From Eledone cirrhosa (Eukaryota), in the NCBI GenBank assembly GCA_964016885.1, contig OZ024752.1, forward strand, positions 47,306,001 to 47,370,000: a stretch of DNA of 64,000 nt, read 5' to 3'. The translations under genes were made by a program, and so were the position numbers. The notes beneath the pieces are model-generated. The model was not told where the DNA came from, made no database searches, and saw only the letters and a list, made by a program, of their open reading frames with translations. Below, piece after piece: positions 27,577 to 42,450 of this stretch (position 1 is the first letter of the stretch; every line of letters starts with the position of its first letter).

Positions 27577-29367
27577 TACAGTCCAATTCACTTCCAGGTA
27601 CAAGTACAGTCCAATTCACTTCCAGGTACAAGTACAGTCCAATTCACCTCCAGGTACAAGTACAGTCCAATTCACTTCCAGGTACAAGTACAGTCTAATT
27701 CACCTCCAGGTACAAGTACAGTCCAATTCACTTCCAGGTACAAGTACAGTCTAATTCACTTCCAGGTACAAGTACAGTCCAATTCACTTCCAGGTACAAG
27801 TACAGTCCAATTCACTTCCAGGTACAAGTGCAGTCCAATTCACTTCCAGGTACAAGTACAGTCCAATTCACTTCCAGGTACAAGTACAGTCCAATTCACT
27901 TCCAGGTACAAGTACAGTCCAATTCACTTCCAGGTACAAGTACAGTCCAATTCACTTCCAGGTACAAGTACAGTCCAATTCACTTCCAGGTACAAGTACA
28001 GTCCAATTCACTTCCAGGTACAAGTACAGTCCAATTCACTTCCAGGTACAAGTACAGTCCAATTCACTTCCAGGTACAAGTACAGTCCAATTCACTTCCA
28101 GGTACAAGTACAGTCCAATTCACTTCCAGGTACAAGTACAGTCCAATTCACTTCCAGGTACAAGTACAGTCCAATTCACTTCCAGGTACAAGTACAGTCC
28201 AATTCACTTCCAGGTACAAGTACAGTCTAATTCACCTCCAGGTACAAGTACAGTCCAATTCACTTCCAGGTACAAGTACAGTCCAATTCACCTCCAGGTA
28301 CAAGTACAGTCCAATTCACTTCCAGGTACAAGTACAGTCTAATTCACCTCCAGGTACAAGTACAGTCCAATTCACTTCCAGGTACAAGTACAGTCTAATT
28401 CACCTCCAGGTACAAGTACAGTCCAATTCACTTCCAGGTACAAGTACAGTCCAATTCACCTCCAGGTACAAGTACAGTCCAATTCACTTCCAGGTACAAG
28501 TACAGTCTAATTCACCTCCAGGTACAAGTACAGTCCAATTCACTTCCAGGTACAAGTACAGTCTAATTCACCTCCAGGTACAAGTACAGTCCAATTCACT
28601 TCCAGGTACAAGTACAGTCTAATTCACCTCCAGGTACAAGTACAGTCCAATTCACCTCCAGGTACAAGTACAGTCCAATTTACTTCCAAGTACAAGTACA
28701 GTCCAATTCACTTCCAGGTACAAGTACAGTCCAATTCACTTCCAGGTACAAGTACAGTCCAATTCACCGTCAGGTACAAGTACAGTCCAATTCACTTCCA
28801 GGTACAAGTACAGTCCAATTCACTTCCAGGTACAAGTACAGTCCAATTCACTTCCAGGTACAAGTACAGTCCAATTCACCGTCAGGTACAAGTACAGTCC
28901 AATTCACCGTCAGGTACAAGTACAGTCCAATTCACTTCCAGGTACAAGTACAGTCCAATTCACTTCCAGGTACAAGTACAGTCCAATTCACTGTCAGGTA
29001 CAAGTACAGTCCAATTCACCTCCAGGTACAAGTACAGTCCAATTCACTTCCAGGTACAAGTACAGTCCAATTCACCGTCAGGTACAAGTGCAGTCCAATT
29101 CACTTCCAGGTACAAGTACAGTCCAATTCACTTCCAGGTACAAGTACAGTCCAATTCACTTCCAGGTACAAGTACAGTCCAATTCACTTCCAGGTACAAG
29201 TACAGTCCAATTCACCGTCAGGTACAAGTACAGTCCAATTCACTTCCAGGTACAAGTACAGTCCAATTCACTTCCAGGTACAAGTACAGTCCAATTCACT
29301 TCCAGGTACAAGTACAGTCCAATTCACTTCCAGGTACAAGTACAGTCCAATTCACTTCCAGGTACAG
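27577..29367. repeat. 28-bp minisatellite (gtccaattcacttccaggtacaagtaca), ~64 copies
   Basis: Highly homogeneous tandem array; the 28-aa periodic ORFs correspond to three units. Confidence 0.97.
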
Positions 29368-29730
29368 TTGATTTGACAGGCTTCCAAACAGTATCCCCTC
29401 ACGAAGAAGATGTTGTCTTGAGGCTATGGTAATACTTGTCCAACATGACATAGAGTGGAATTTAACCCACAACTCCTCATGATTGCGAAGTAACCATCTT
29501 AACCCTTTAGCTATGCTGTGCCCATAATGGCCGGCATATATTTAAATAAACTGTAAGATTTTGATAATTACTTACATGTATGTGTGTATGTGTGTATGTA
29601 TATATGTATTTATATATGCATACATGTATGTATACATGTATTTATTTATATATGCATGCATATATGTATGAATTCATATATGCATGCATTCATGCATGTA
29701 TGTATGCATATATATATATATATAAACATG

Positions 29731-29761
<31 letters not shown>

Positions 29762-30284
29762 GTGTGTGTATATATATATATATATCCATGTATATATATA
29801 TATATTGATCCATGCAACTCTGGATTGCATGGATCAATATGCAATGGTGCATGTATGCACATGGACAGTAGATCACACATGTGTTCATGCATGCATGCAT
29901 ATATGCATTCAAGTGCAGAGTGCAGCACAATGAAATTATTATCGTCCTGCAATTCAACAATATGGCATTTATTGCTTGCACATGTTCATATATATGTAAA
30001 TGCGCATATGTGCATCTGTTGTAACATTGATGCAAGTTTTCTCCTTACATGTGCATCTGCAATCTGTTTCTACCCCCACCCCTCCCTTGCTCTCTCTCTC
30101 TCTTTCTATTTATACACAAATATGCATATATATATATATGCGGTGGAGTGGTGGAGTGGTGAAGTGGTGGGGCTATTTGAATATAAGCTGATCTATACAA
30201 GGATGCACGTATGTGAGCATATCTTTATTCATGTAAATATTGTATCTATAAGGGTACATATTTCAGTGTGTGCATGCTTTGGTA

Positions 30285-30333
<49 letters not shown>

Positions 30334-30350
30334 TTGTGTGCGTATATACG

Positions 30351-30404
<54 letters not shown>

Positions 30405-30458
30405 TATATATATACACACATATATATAAATATATATATATGTGTGTGTATATATATT

Positions 30459-30492
<34 letters not shown>

Positions 30493-30607
30493 GACGTATA
30501 TACGCACACAAAGATATATATATATATACACACACACATATATATATATAAATGTAATGAAGATCTAGCACCTCTTCCTTTTTATTATATATATATACAC
30601 ACACATA

Positions 30608-30641
<34 letters not shown>

Positions 30642-30763
30642 GATATGTATATATATGCATACATAAGTATAGATGCATATATATATATTTATGGATACAT
30701 ATATATATAAATATATATATAAATATAAGTATGTATGTATATATAGACACATATATATATATG

Positions 30764-30799
<36 letters not shown>

Positions 30800-30917
30800 T
30801 ACATACATATATATATATATATATACATACATATACAATGTGCAATCATTGATAAATGAAGTAATACAAGTATTGTGTGAATATGTGCACGTACACTCAC
30901 ACAGACAGACACACACA

Positions 30918-30953
<36 letters not shown>

Positions 30954-31112
30954 CACACAGACACATACACACAAACACATACGTAGAGATATGGTCTTGT
31001 GAACTTGTCTGTCTGTGAATATGCATAAAATATAGATAAGTATATGTAACAATACAAATATGAGTATATCATATCTTGAGAAATGCCCATGCATCTTCAC
31101 ACAAGCACATAA

Positions 31113-32440
31113 ATATACATGCACATATGTGCACCCACTGACAAGCACATACATATAGATGCACATATGTGCACCCACTGACAAGCACATATATATATAT
31201 ATATATATATATGCACATATGTGCACCCACTGACAAGCACATACATATATATATGCACATATGTGCATCCACTGACAAGCACATACACACATATATATAT
31301 ATGCACATGTGCACCCACTGACAAACACATACACGCACATATATATATGCACATATGTGCACCCACTGACAAGCACATACATATATATGCACATGTGTGC
31401 AGCCACTGACAAGCACATACATATATACATGCACATGTGCACATATGTGCACCCACTGACAAACACATACACGCACATATATATATATGCACATATGTGC
31501 ACCCACTGACAAGCACATACATATATATGCACATGTGTGCATCCACTGACAAGCACATACATATATACATGCACATATGTGCACCCACTGACAAGCACAT
31601 ACATATATATATATGCACATATGTGCACCCACTGACAAGCACATACACACATATATATATATATGCACATATGTGCACCCACTGACAAGCAGATACACAT
31701 ATATATATATATGCACATATGTGCACCCACTGACAAGCACATACATATAGATGCACATGTGCACCCACTGACAAGCAGATACATATAGATGCACATATGT
31801 GCACTCACTGAGAAGCACATACACACATATACATGCACATATGTGCACCCACTGACAAGCACATACCCATATATATACATGCACATATGTGCACCCACTG
31901 AGAAGCACATACATATAGATGCACATATGTGCAGCCACTGACAAGCACATACACATATACATGCACATATGTGCACCCACTGACAAGCACATGCATATAG
32001 ATGCACATATGTGCAGCCACTGACAAGCACATACATATACATGCACATATGTGCACCCACTGACAAGCACATACATATAGATGCACATGTGCACCCACTG
32101 ACAAGCAGATACATATAGATGCACATATGTGCACTCACTGAGAAGCACATACACACATATACATGCACATATGTGCACCCACTGACAAGCACATACCCAT
32201 ATATATACATGCACATACATATAGATGCACATATGTGCAGCCACTGACAAGCACATACACATATACATGCACATATGTGCACCCACTGACAAGCACATAC
32301 ATATAGATGCACATATGTGCAGCCACTGACAAGCACATACATATACATGCACATATGTGCACCCACTGACAAGCACATATGTGCAGCCACTGACAAGCAC
32401 ATACATATACATGCACATATGTGCACCCTCTGACAAATAC
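31113..32440. repeat. Minisatellite gcacatatgtgcacccactgacaagcacat plus variable TA/CA linker
   Basis: ~40-50-bp units with a palindromic core gcacatatgtgc; 330-bp higher-order repeat. Confidence 0.92.
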
Positions 32441-32505
32441 ATACACATATACATGCATATATGAAATGCATGTGTCTATATTGCAAGTATTAAATATAAA
32501 TGAAG

Positions 32506-32960
32506 TGAAGGTGCATGGCTTTGGGGTTAGAGTGTTGAGCTTGCAATCTTGAGGTTGTGAGTTTGATTCCTGGACCGGGTCTTGCATTGTGTCCTTGAGC
32601 AAGACACTTTATTTCAGGGTAACAAGACTCACTTTTTAACCTTAATATAAATGAATATTAAAACTCTATTTCGGTATTGAGTCCTCCTTTCTCTCAGTAA
32701 TCAACCACAAGCACCCAGTACTCACTGTAAAGTGGTCGCGTTGGTGACTTGACACCCAGTACTCACTGTAAAGTGGTCGCGTTGGTGACTTAACACCCAG
32801 TACTCACTGTAAATAAGGTTGGTGTTAGGTAGAAACCAAGCCAAAATCAGTTTTGTATGTGCAAGAAATGGACACCTGACGTAGCATTGCCCACAACAGG
32901 ACAACTCGTCTAACCCATGCTAGCAGGGAAAAATTGACGTAAAACGGTGATGCTGATGCT
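32506..32960 (+). mobile_element. Degenerate SINE-B-like head (32506-32616) and tail (32708-32960) fragments
   Basis: Head with ccttgagcaagacactt; cacccagtactcactgtaaa occurs three times; RTE-like tail. Confidence 0.65.
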
Positions 32961-33070
32961 GCATATATATATATGTGTATGTATGTAAAAGGTAAACAGA
33001 AATAACAAAACAATCGGTACAGTATATGGAAGGGATATATTAGGTTAACACTTGATATAGCAGGAAGAGG

Positions 33071-33107
33071 GTCTTAACGTTTCAGACGCTAGTCCTTCAT
33101 CAGAAAA
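33071..33107 (-). ncRNA. Minimal hammerhead motif (family J)
   Basis: tttt CTGATGA aggactagcgtct GAAA cgt TA aga; palindromic aacgtt; weak stem I. The downstream tail matches 16520-16572 and 33228-33295. Confidence 0.55.
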
Positions 33108-33190
33108 GAGATTGAGGGGACGGGTGGGTTGGAATTGGAAAAAATGTCTTTAGAAAAAAATAACAGGTCCATTCATGTTGACATCTCCTC

Positions 33191-33226
<36 letters not shown>

Positions 33227-33448
33227 GTAAAAAAGTAAACAGAAATTACAAAGCAAATGACACAGTACAATGAAGAAATATATTAGTTTAACGCTTATAT
33301 ATCTATCTATCTATATATATATTTGAAAATTTGAAATTGCGAGCATCCCAAATGCAGAAAATTACTGTAATAACAGACAACCATTACACATAATAGATAA
33401 GAAAATTGGGTAAATTATTCTTAGAGATGAAAAAATGAGGACAGAGGT

Positions 33449-33766
33449 ATCATCACCATCATCATCATCATTTTACGTCCCCTTTTCCCTGCTTGCAAGG
33501 GTTGGACGGGTCCTATTCAGCACAGCATCTCTCCACTCGTCACGGTCCTTCGCCATCTCCTCGGTGAGCTTCAGCGATCTGAGGTCTGCTCTCACCACCT
33601 CCGCCCATGTTTTACGTGGTCGGTCTTCCTCTACTGCGTCTTCCCTCCACTGTGACTTCCTGGCACTTCTTCACCCAGCGGTCATCCTCCATGCGCAGCA
33701 CATGTCCATACCATCTCAGACTTCTCTCCTGCACACTACAGCTTATCCCTCTTATACCCAGTTTCT
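33449..33766 (-). mobile_element. RTE-clade LINE 3' end (5'-truncated, frameshifted)
   Basis: Minus-strand translation SLRWYGHVLRMEDDRWVKKC..EGRRSRGR/PRKTWAEVVRADLR..KDRDEWR; ends with (GAT)n. Confidence 0.85.
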
Positions 33767-34223
33767 ACCGTCTAACCCATGCTAGCGTGGGAAAATGGAT
33801 GTTAAACAATGATGATGATGATGATGATGATGGTGACAGGCTTCTATATATTCTGTCTACCATATTTAATTCACAAGAAACTGGTCAACCCAAGGTTAGA
33901 ACACCAGATCTATTTCCATCATACCTAAAACACTTCTTATTAGAAAACGATTGTTTCTGCTTTTAATCCGCTCATTTTTGATATTTCTATATCCATGTCT
34001 TCATACACACACATACACATACACATACACATACATATATATATATATATACACATATATATATATATACACACACACACACATACATACACATACATAT
34101 ATATATATATATACATAGATATATATACACACACACATACATATACACACATATATATATATATATATACACACACACATACATATATATATATACACAC
34201 ACACACATACATATACACACATA

Positions 34224-34255
<32 letters not shown>

Positions 34256-34290
34256 CATATGTATATATATATATACACACACACATATAC

Positions 34291-34326
<36 letters not shown>

Positions 34327-34375
34327 ACACACATACATATATACATATATATATATATACATACACACACACACA

Positions 34376-34425
<50 letters not shown>

Positions 34426-34430
34426 GAGAC

Positions 34431-34465
<35 letters not shown>

Positions 34466-34542
34466 TACACACACACACATACATACATATATACATATAT
34501 ATATATATACATACACACACACACATACATACATATATACAG

Positions 34543-34573
<31 letters not shown>

Positions 34574-34586
34574 GACACACATAGAT

Positions 34587-34853
34587 ATCATCATCATCAT
34601 TTCATTTTACATCCGCTTTTTCCCTGCTTGCAAGGGTGGGACGGGAACTGATTCTGGCTTGATTTCTACAGCTGGATGCCCTTCCTAACACCAACCTCAT
34701 TTACAGTGAGTGCTGGGTGCTTTTTTGCCGTGGCACCTCCACGACCACTTTGCAGTGGAATGATAGGGACCCCAGTCCCTATCATCTCATTTCTACAGCT
34801 GAGTAAACTGGAGCAATGTGAAATAAAGTGTCTTGCTCAAGGAAACAACACAT
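34587..34853 (-). mobile_element. SINE family B, 5'-truncated
   Basis: Family B body and tail without the tRNA head. Confidence 0.9.
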
Positions 34854-34960
34854 CATATACATATATACATATATATACACACACACTCACAGACATACAT
34901 ATACATATATACATACATATATACATACATATATACATACATATATACATACACACATAC

Positions 34961-34991
<31 letters not shown>

Positions 34992-35254
34992 GGCACACTC
35001 ATATAAATATACATATACACAAACACATATATACACACATATACACAGGCACACTCATATAAATATACATATACACACACACATATATACACACATGTAC
35101 ACAGACATACACAGACATATATATATATATATATACACAGACATATATATATGTATATATATTCATATAGCTGGGTGTTGTATGGTGTCATAGTTAAGGT
35201 AGGATTGTCTTGCAAGTGTGTGTGTATATATATATATATGTATATATATATATG

Positions 35255-35294
<40 letters not shown>

Positions 35295-35337
35295 TGCATA
35301 TATGTACATATGTATGTGTGTGTATATCTCTCTTTCT

Positions 35338-35377
<40 letters not shown>

Positions 35378-35438
35378 GTATGTTTATATGTGTGTGTATA
35401 TATGTAACTGTCTCCCTCACTCACTATACACACAAACT

Positions 35439-35492
<54 letters not shown>

Positions 35493-35542
35493 GTTGTATA
35501 GTGAGTGTATATATATATATATATGTATATATATATACACAA

Positions 35543-35602
<60 letters not shown>

Positions 35603-35637
35603 ATAAATAAATATATACACACACATACATATATATA

Positions 35638-35669
<32 letters not shown>

Positions 35670-36033
35670 TATATACACACACACACGCACATACATATAT
35701 ACACACATATATATATATGGTTGTAGACATATTTCCCATTTCTTTCAGAGATATATATTGTCATCTGTTGGAATTGATATAGATTTGGAGACATTTTGTC
35801 TGATTTTGTCTTTGATAATAATGGTAATGGAGAAGAGTATCGAGTGGAGATAGCATCTCATCAATGGCAGCAATCTGCTTTACCAATCAGAACACTTCTC
35901 GTTTAGCTTAAATGTACCATTCCCAATTTAGTGTGAAATGAAATATCAGATATATATGAATATATATGAATACATATCTGCATACATGTGCCCACATACA
36001 CACACACACATATATACACATATATATATATAT

Positions 36034-36287
36034 ATGTAGGAGGTGAGTTTTATTGTAGTTCAATAAAGCAATGCAGATATCGGATAAGAAGCACTCTACA
36101 GTTTGTAGGACTGGAGTATACATAATATGTTGATTTAAAACTGCACTATCCACAAGTGTTTTTTTAGCCTTCATATCATGTTCTCTTGTTTTATCTGATG
36201 AAAACACAAATATTATTGCATGATGATGTTTGTTTTTGAAATGCGCATAATAAAATACATGGAACTCCTTTAACCATCTTTTGATCT

Positions 36288-36296
<9 letters not shown>
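36034..36296 (+). mobile_element. Family D element
   Basis: Homolog of 4012-4252; TA-flanked. Confidence 0.85.
36187..36257 (+). ncRNA. Type I hammerhead ribozyme (family D)
   Basis: tgttttat CTGATGA aaacacaaatattat..atgatgtttgttttt GAAA tgcgca TA ataaaata. Confidence 0.8.
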
Positions 36297-36324
<28 letters not shown>

Positions 36325-36542
36325 TATGATAATAATGGAGCTGCGGCGTTGCAAATGGGTTACATATGAAAAAGTAGGTCCTTCATCAGTGACCCTCCAA
36401 CCGTCCTAGGCATTTCATCGCTTTAAAGGCCATATACCTCAGGTTGGTGCGAACAACGTCTAAAAAAAGTCGTTGGGACACGTAAATAAAGGGGACGCTA
36501 GGGTAAACAAACAAAATGGTTTAAGCAACAGAAAGTGATATA

Positions 36543-36900
36543 TCATCATCATCATCATCATCAACGTTTAACGTCCGTGTTCCACGCTTGCATGGGTTTG
36601 GACGGGGGTTTTCCCACTTGAGGCAAGAGTGGTTGTCATTGTTCGCATAGGACTGTCTGGCAGGTTTTCTACAGTTGGATGCCCTTCCTAACACCAACCA
36701 CATTTACAGTGTGGGTCTGGGAGGTTTTTACCGTGTTGCCTACACGGCCACATTACAGTGTGGACTGTGTGTTTTTTTGTCGTGACACCTACACGATCTC
36801 ATTTGTTTCGGCCTGGATGGTGTGGCACCAACATAACTTTACATAGAAGGGGATGGTGTGGATGGGGGGTGGGTGGTGGTGGGACGGGGGTGTATTTTGT
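36543..36900 (-). mobile_element. Family C SINE-like element
   Basis: Single-unit homolog of 14741-15612 on the minus strand. Confidence 0.75.
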
Positions 36901-37048
36901 TAGAGATGCCTACTCACTGTAGTAGGTTTTACTATGTATTTAGGTAAGGCAGGTCTTCTCTATTACTGAGTACCGCCAAAGGTCTCGGTCCAGTGACATT
37001 GTCTATATATATATTTTGTTAATATAAATGTATATATATATATATATA

Positions 37049-37388
37049 TGGAGGCACATGGCTTAGTGGTTAGAGCATTGGCCTTGCAATCGAAAGGTTG
37101 CGAGTTCAATTCTCAGACCGGGTGATGTGTTGTTTCCTTGAGCAAGACACTTTATTTCACATTGCTCCAGTTTACTCAGCTGTAGAAATGAGATGATAGG
37201 GACTGGGGTCCATATCATTCCACTGCAAAGTAGTCGTGGAGGTGCCACGGCAAAAAAGCACCCAGCACTCACTGTAAATGAGGTTGGTGTTAGGAAGGGC
37301 ATCCAGCTGTAGAAATCAAGCCAGAATCAGTTCCCGTCCCACCCTTGCAAGCAGGGAAAAAGTGGACGTAAACTGATGATGATGATGA
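37049..37388 (+). mobile_element. SINE family B, full length
   Basis: Same structure as 18957-19300. Confidence 0.9.
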
Positions 37389-37494
37389 TATGAATATATA
37401 TCTGCATACATGTGCACACCCACACATACATACACATACGTTCACACATATATACATATATATATATATTTTGTTAATATAAATGTATGTATAT

Positions 37495-37527
37495 ATATCG
37501 ATCGGTGAAGATGATTATGATGATGAC

Positions 37528-37561
<34 letters not shown>

Positions 37562-37874
37562 ATGATGATGATGATGATGGTTATAATGAGATAGATCGGT
37601 GAAGATGATTATGATGATGATGATGATGGTGATGATAGGACGATGATGAGACAGATTGATGATGATGATGATGATGATGGTGGTTGTGGTGGTGGTTATA
37701 ATTATGATGGTAATGATGAGATCGATCGGTGAAGATGATTATGATGATGATGATGATGATTATGATTGTGGTGGTGATGATTATGATGATGATGATCATG
37801 ATGGTGATGGTGATGATGATCTAGATAGGTGATTATGATGATGATGATGATGATGAGACGATGATGAGACAGAT

Positions 37875-37912
<38 letters not shown>

Positions 37913-37954
37913 GTGGTTATAATTATGATGATAATGATTAGATCGATCGGTGAA

Positions 37955-38003
<49 letters not shown>

Positions 38004-38107
38004 ATGATGATGAGGGTGATGATTATGATGATGATGATGATGATGGTGATGGTGATGATGATCTAGATAGGTGATGATGATGATGATAGGACGAAGATGA
38101 GACAGAT

Positions 38108-38142
<35 letters not shown>

Positions 38143-38313
38143 ATAATTATGATGATGATAATGAGATCGATCGGTGAAGATGATGATGATGATGATGATG
38201 ATTATGATGATTATAATTATGATGATGATGATGATGATGATTATGATGATTATAATTATGATGATGATGATGATGGTGATGATGATGCTGATGATGATGG
38301 TGATGTAGATAGG
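37495..38313. repeat. (GAT)n-based compound repeat with recurring gatcgatcggtgaag / gagacagatt / ctagatagg landmarks
   Basis: The landmark order recurs 3-4 times. Confidence 0.8.
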
Positions 38314-38604
38314 TGAACACACGCTGTACGACACAGAGACACCACTTAACACTCCGCCTATTTATGTTTGTGTAGGAATGTCACACACCCCCAATCATGA
38401 CTTTATTGAATAACAAAACAGTAAAAATGCTAATTAATGCTAATTTGAAAGAAAACAACAGAAAGATCATTTACATTACATAAAATAACATGTATGTATA
38501 TAAACTTACACACACAGCCATACATGTGTGTGAAAATACATACACACATAAACATATATATATATATATATATATATGTGAGTGTCTGTAAGTATGTATA
38601 CATG

Positions 38605-38708
<104 letters not shown>

Positions 38709-38731
38709 AGTGTATGTAAGTATGTATACAT

Positions 38732-38789
<58 letters not shown>

Positions 38790-38869
38790 ATGTATGTATT
38801 TATATGTATGTATTTATATGTATGTATATGTATGTGTATATATGTATGTATGTAAGTATGTATACATGC

Positions 38870-38901
<32 letters not shown>

Positions 38902-38950
38902 TTATATGTATGTATATGTATGTGTATATATGTATGTATGTATGTATTTA

Positions 38951-38983
<33 letters not shown>

Positions 38984-38993
38984 GATATATATC

Positions 38994-39040
<47 letters not shown>

Positions 39041-39138
39041 ACATGTATGTATATATATATATGTATGCATATATATATATATGTTTGTGTGTGTATGTAT
39101 TTTCACACACATGTATGGCTGTGTGTAAGTTTATATAC

Positions 39139-39206
<68 letters not shown>

Positions 39207-39304
39207 GTGTGTGGATGTGCGTGTGTGAGTGTTGATGTATGAACAAAGTAATGAGTTTTTACCAATATCATTTATACCTTTATTTTGTGTGTAAATATAC
39301 ACAC

Positions 39305-39371
<67 letters not shown>

Positions 39372-39395
39372 CATATACATATATATGTATATATC

Positions 39396-39448
<53 letters not shown>

Positions 39449-39917
39449 CTATCTCTCTCTCTCTATATATATATATATATGTGTATATATGTGTGTTTGT
39501 GTAAAGCATGTTTAATCAAATCTATGTTAACGCTAAGCCTCAAAATTTTCGCAAATTTTATATATTTTAAAATTACACAATACATTTAACTGCTTATAAA
39601 AGAAGTTTGCAGAAAGAATTTTCAAGAACTAAGTAAAAATTTCTCACTGAAACTAATTCTATTTTTGAAGTTAGAGGGAAACAAAACATCAACTATAACA
39701 ATAATAACAACAACAATAAAGGAAACCAAGCAAGCATTCAACAAAACATTGAATGACAACAAAAACGACAGTCACAGCTCCAAAAATATCTGAAATTCAT
39801 TGAAAATAATTAGAGACAAAGGAATGGTTTTGCTCAGCTTAGAATTAGTTTTGTTTAAATTCTTAAATTCGGTGTTGTGTTTGATTATATATGTATATAT
39901 GTATATATATATATATA

Positions 39918-39975
<58 letters not shown>

Positions 39976-40034
39976 AATATACATATAAGTATATACATAT
40001 TTGTATATATATATCTATAAATATATAAATTTGC

Positions 40035-40078
<44 letters not shown>

Positions 40079-40082
<4 letters not shown>

Positions 40083-40272
40083 TTAATATAGATGAGATTC
40101 TACAGGACTAGAACTGTTTCATTCATTAGAAATCATCAGGATTCCTGATGATTTCTAATGAATGAAACAGTTCTAGTCCTGTAGAATCTCATCTATATTA
40201 AAACTGTTATACTCTGCTATGTATTGAGTACCTTACTTACTGTGGTTACCTCCGATTCAACCCGGAATAACG
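40079..40272 (+). mobile_element. Family F element: palindrome 40079-40205 plus tail
   Basis: Homolog of 13510-13702; TA-flanked. Confidence 0.85.
40140..40188 (+). ncRNA. Type I hammerhead ribozyme (family F)
   Basis: gattc CTGATGA tttctaatgaat GAAA cag ttctagtc ctg TA gaatc. Confidence 0.8.
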
Positions 40273-40303
<31 letters not shown>

Positions 40304-40396
40304 GTATATATACATACATACTTATATATATATATACACACACATATACATATATATATATATAAATACACACACACACACACACACACACATATA

Positions 40397-40435
<39 letters not shown>

Positions 40436-40675
40436 ACTTAATTGTTAACCCTCTCTTCATGTTTGTTTTTTGTTTCATCAGCTTCTCTCAGCTGAGCAAA
40501 ATTCTTTGTAAGTAAATCCAAAAAGTCAACCAAGAAATAAGCAAATCTGTGAGAAAAGCCAGGAATGGCAGAGAAAGCGTGGCACCACTTTGCCATGCAT
40601 GTCAGTGTGTAACAGAGAAACAGGTATTTTTGTGAGCAGAAAACTGGTAATGAGATTCTTACTCATTATGAACAG

Positions 40676-40709
<34 letters not shown>

Positions 40710-40785
40710 TATTTATTTATATATATATTTATTTATATATATATATATATTTATTTATATATATATTTATATATATATATATAGG

Positions 40786-40851
<66 letters not shown>

Positions 40852-40889
40852 AAAATATTTATATATATATATATATATATATAGGAAAA

Positions 40890-40930
<41 letters not shown>

Positions 40931-40934
40931 AAAA

Positions 40935-40988
<54 letters not shown>

Positions 40989-41103
40989 CACATACATATA
41001 TTTATATATACACATACATTTGTGTGTATATATATATATATTTATATACACATACATATATTTATATACATATACATATATATATATATATATACATATA
41101 TAT

Positions 41104-41144
<41 letters not shown>

Positions 41145-41147
41145 CAT

Positions 41148-41214
<67 letters not shown>

Positions 41215-42005
41215 TATATATATTCTCACCAGATGGCTTGAAGGCGTCTATATAGAATCTTTAAAGTCAGCAGATAGAAAGAAAGAGAGAGAGAGTATGA
41301 GAGATTAGGAGAGAAAGAGGGAGAGTGTGAGAGATTAGGATATATATATAGAGAGAGAATGAGAAAATGAGGGGAGGAGGGATGAGTTTAAAAAAAATTC
41401 CACTACGTTAAAATTTACCTAAATGCCGTAGGACAGTCTGTGAGCAATGTTCACTGCAAAGAACTTGGCTTATCACGAATCTCTGTGACTTGCAGGAAAA
41501 ATTCTTCTGTCTATTTATTGTAACTGTACTTTATCTATTTATCTATCTGTTTATTTTTTCCTTTCTATCTTCTTATCCCTCTCTTATCCCCCTCTTTTTC
41601 GCTCTTATTTTGCCCCCTTCTCTTTCGCTTTCTCTAAGATGTTCGAATGGTATGGTACATGCACACATACATACATAGATAGATAGAAACATATATATAC
41701 ATACATACATAGATAGATAGAAACATATATATACATACATATATATACAGATGCATACATACATAGATAGATAGAAACATATATATACATACATAGATAC
41801 ATACATATATATACACAGATGCATACATACATACATAGATAGATACATACATATATACTTATTTAGATACATACATAGATACATACATAATACCTACACA
41901 CACACACATACCTACACACATACATACACCCATACACACATAGATAAATACGTAACTACATACACACACACACACACATACACACCTACATACATACATA
42001 CATAT

Positions 42006-42433
42006 TTATGCAGAACTGATGAGAAATCTGCAGATACTCCACCCTGATTACACCTTCAGATTTATGCCTGTGATTATTGGCGCACTGGGGTATGTTAGTA
42101 ACTGCCTCAATACAAATCTTGAGAAGCTGGGCTTCACAGGAACAGAAAGAACACAACTAGTTAGGAAATTACAAGTACAGTCCATTAATAGAAATATGTA
42201 AAACATTCCAAAAATTCTGCATCTAAATACAAAGCATATACACATGCACACATACAACTCAAAACATACACATCCACACATACAATAACATCCATATCTA
42301 CACATGTATGCATACATACATATCTACCTAGTTGATGTTGTGTAAATTCCAATGAGAGAGTCTTGTGTCTATGTTAGAAACCGACTCTCTCTCTATTGGT
42401 AACACTTTGTGAAATTATAAAACCAGAAGAACA
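42006..42433 (+). mobile_element. R4/Dong-like RLE non-LTR retrotransposon 3' end, copy 1
   Basis: YAELMRNLQILHPDYTFRFMPVIIGALGYVSNCLNTNLEKLGF resembles the P.IIGALG motif at the end of restriction-like endonuclease domains; (CATA)n on both sides. Confidence 0.7.
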
Positions 42434-42450
42434 AACATACATACATACAT

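Noticed and set aside
27565-29432. Periodic 28-aa ORFs; CRISPR-like look
   Set aside because: Head-to-tail 28-bp repeat with no unique spacers and no cas genes.
31113-32440. Palindromic repeat with variable spacers resembling a CRISPR array
   Set aside because: The spacers are only TA/CA microsatellite of variable length and themselves recur with a 330-bp period.
36376-36420. CTGATGA on the minus strand with a nearby GAAA
   Set aside because: No consistent three-helix pairing in any hammerhead topology that I could see.
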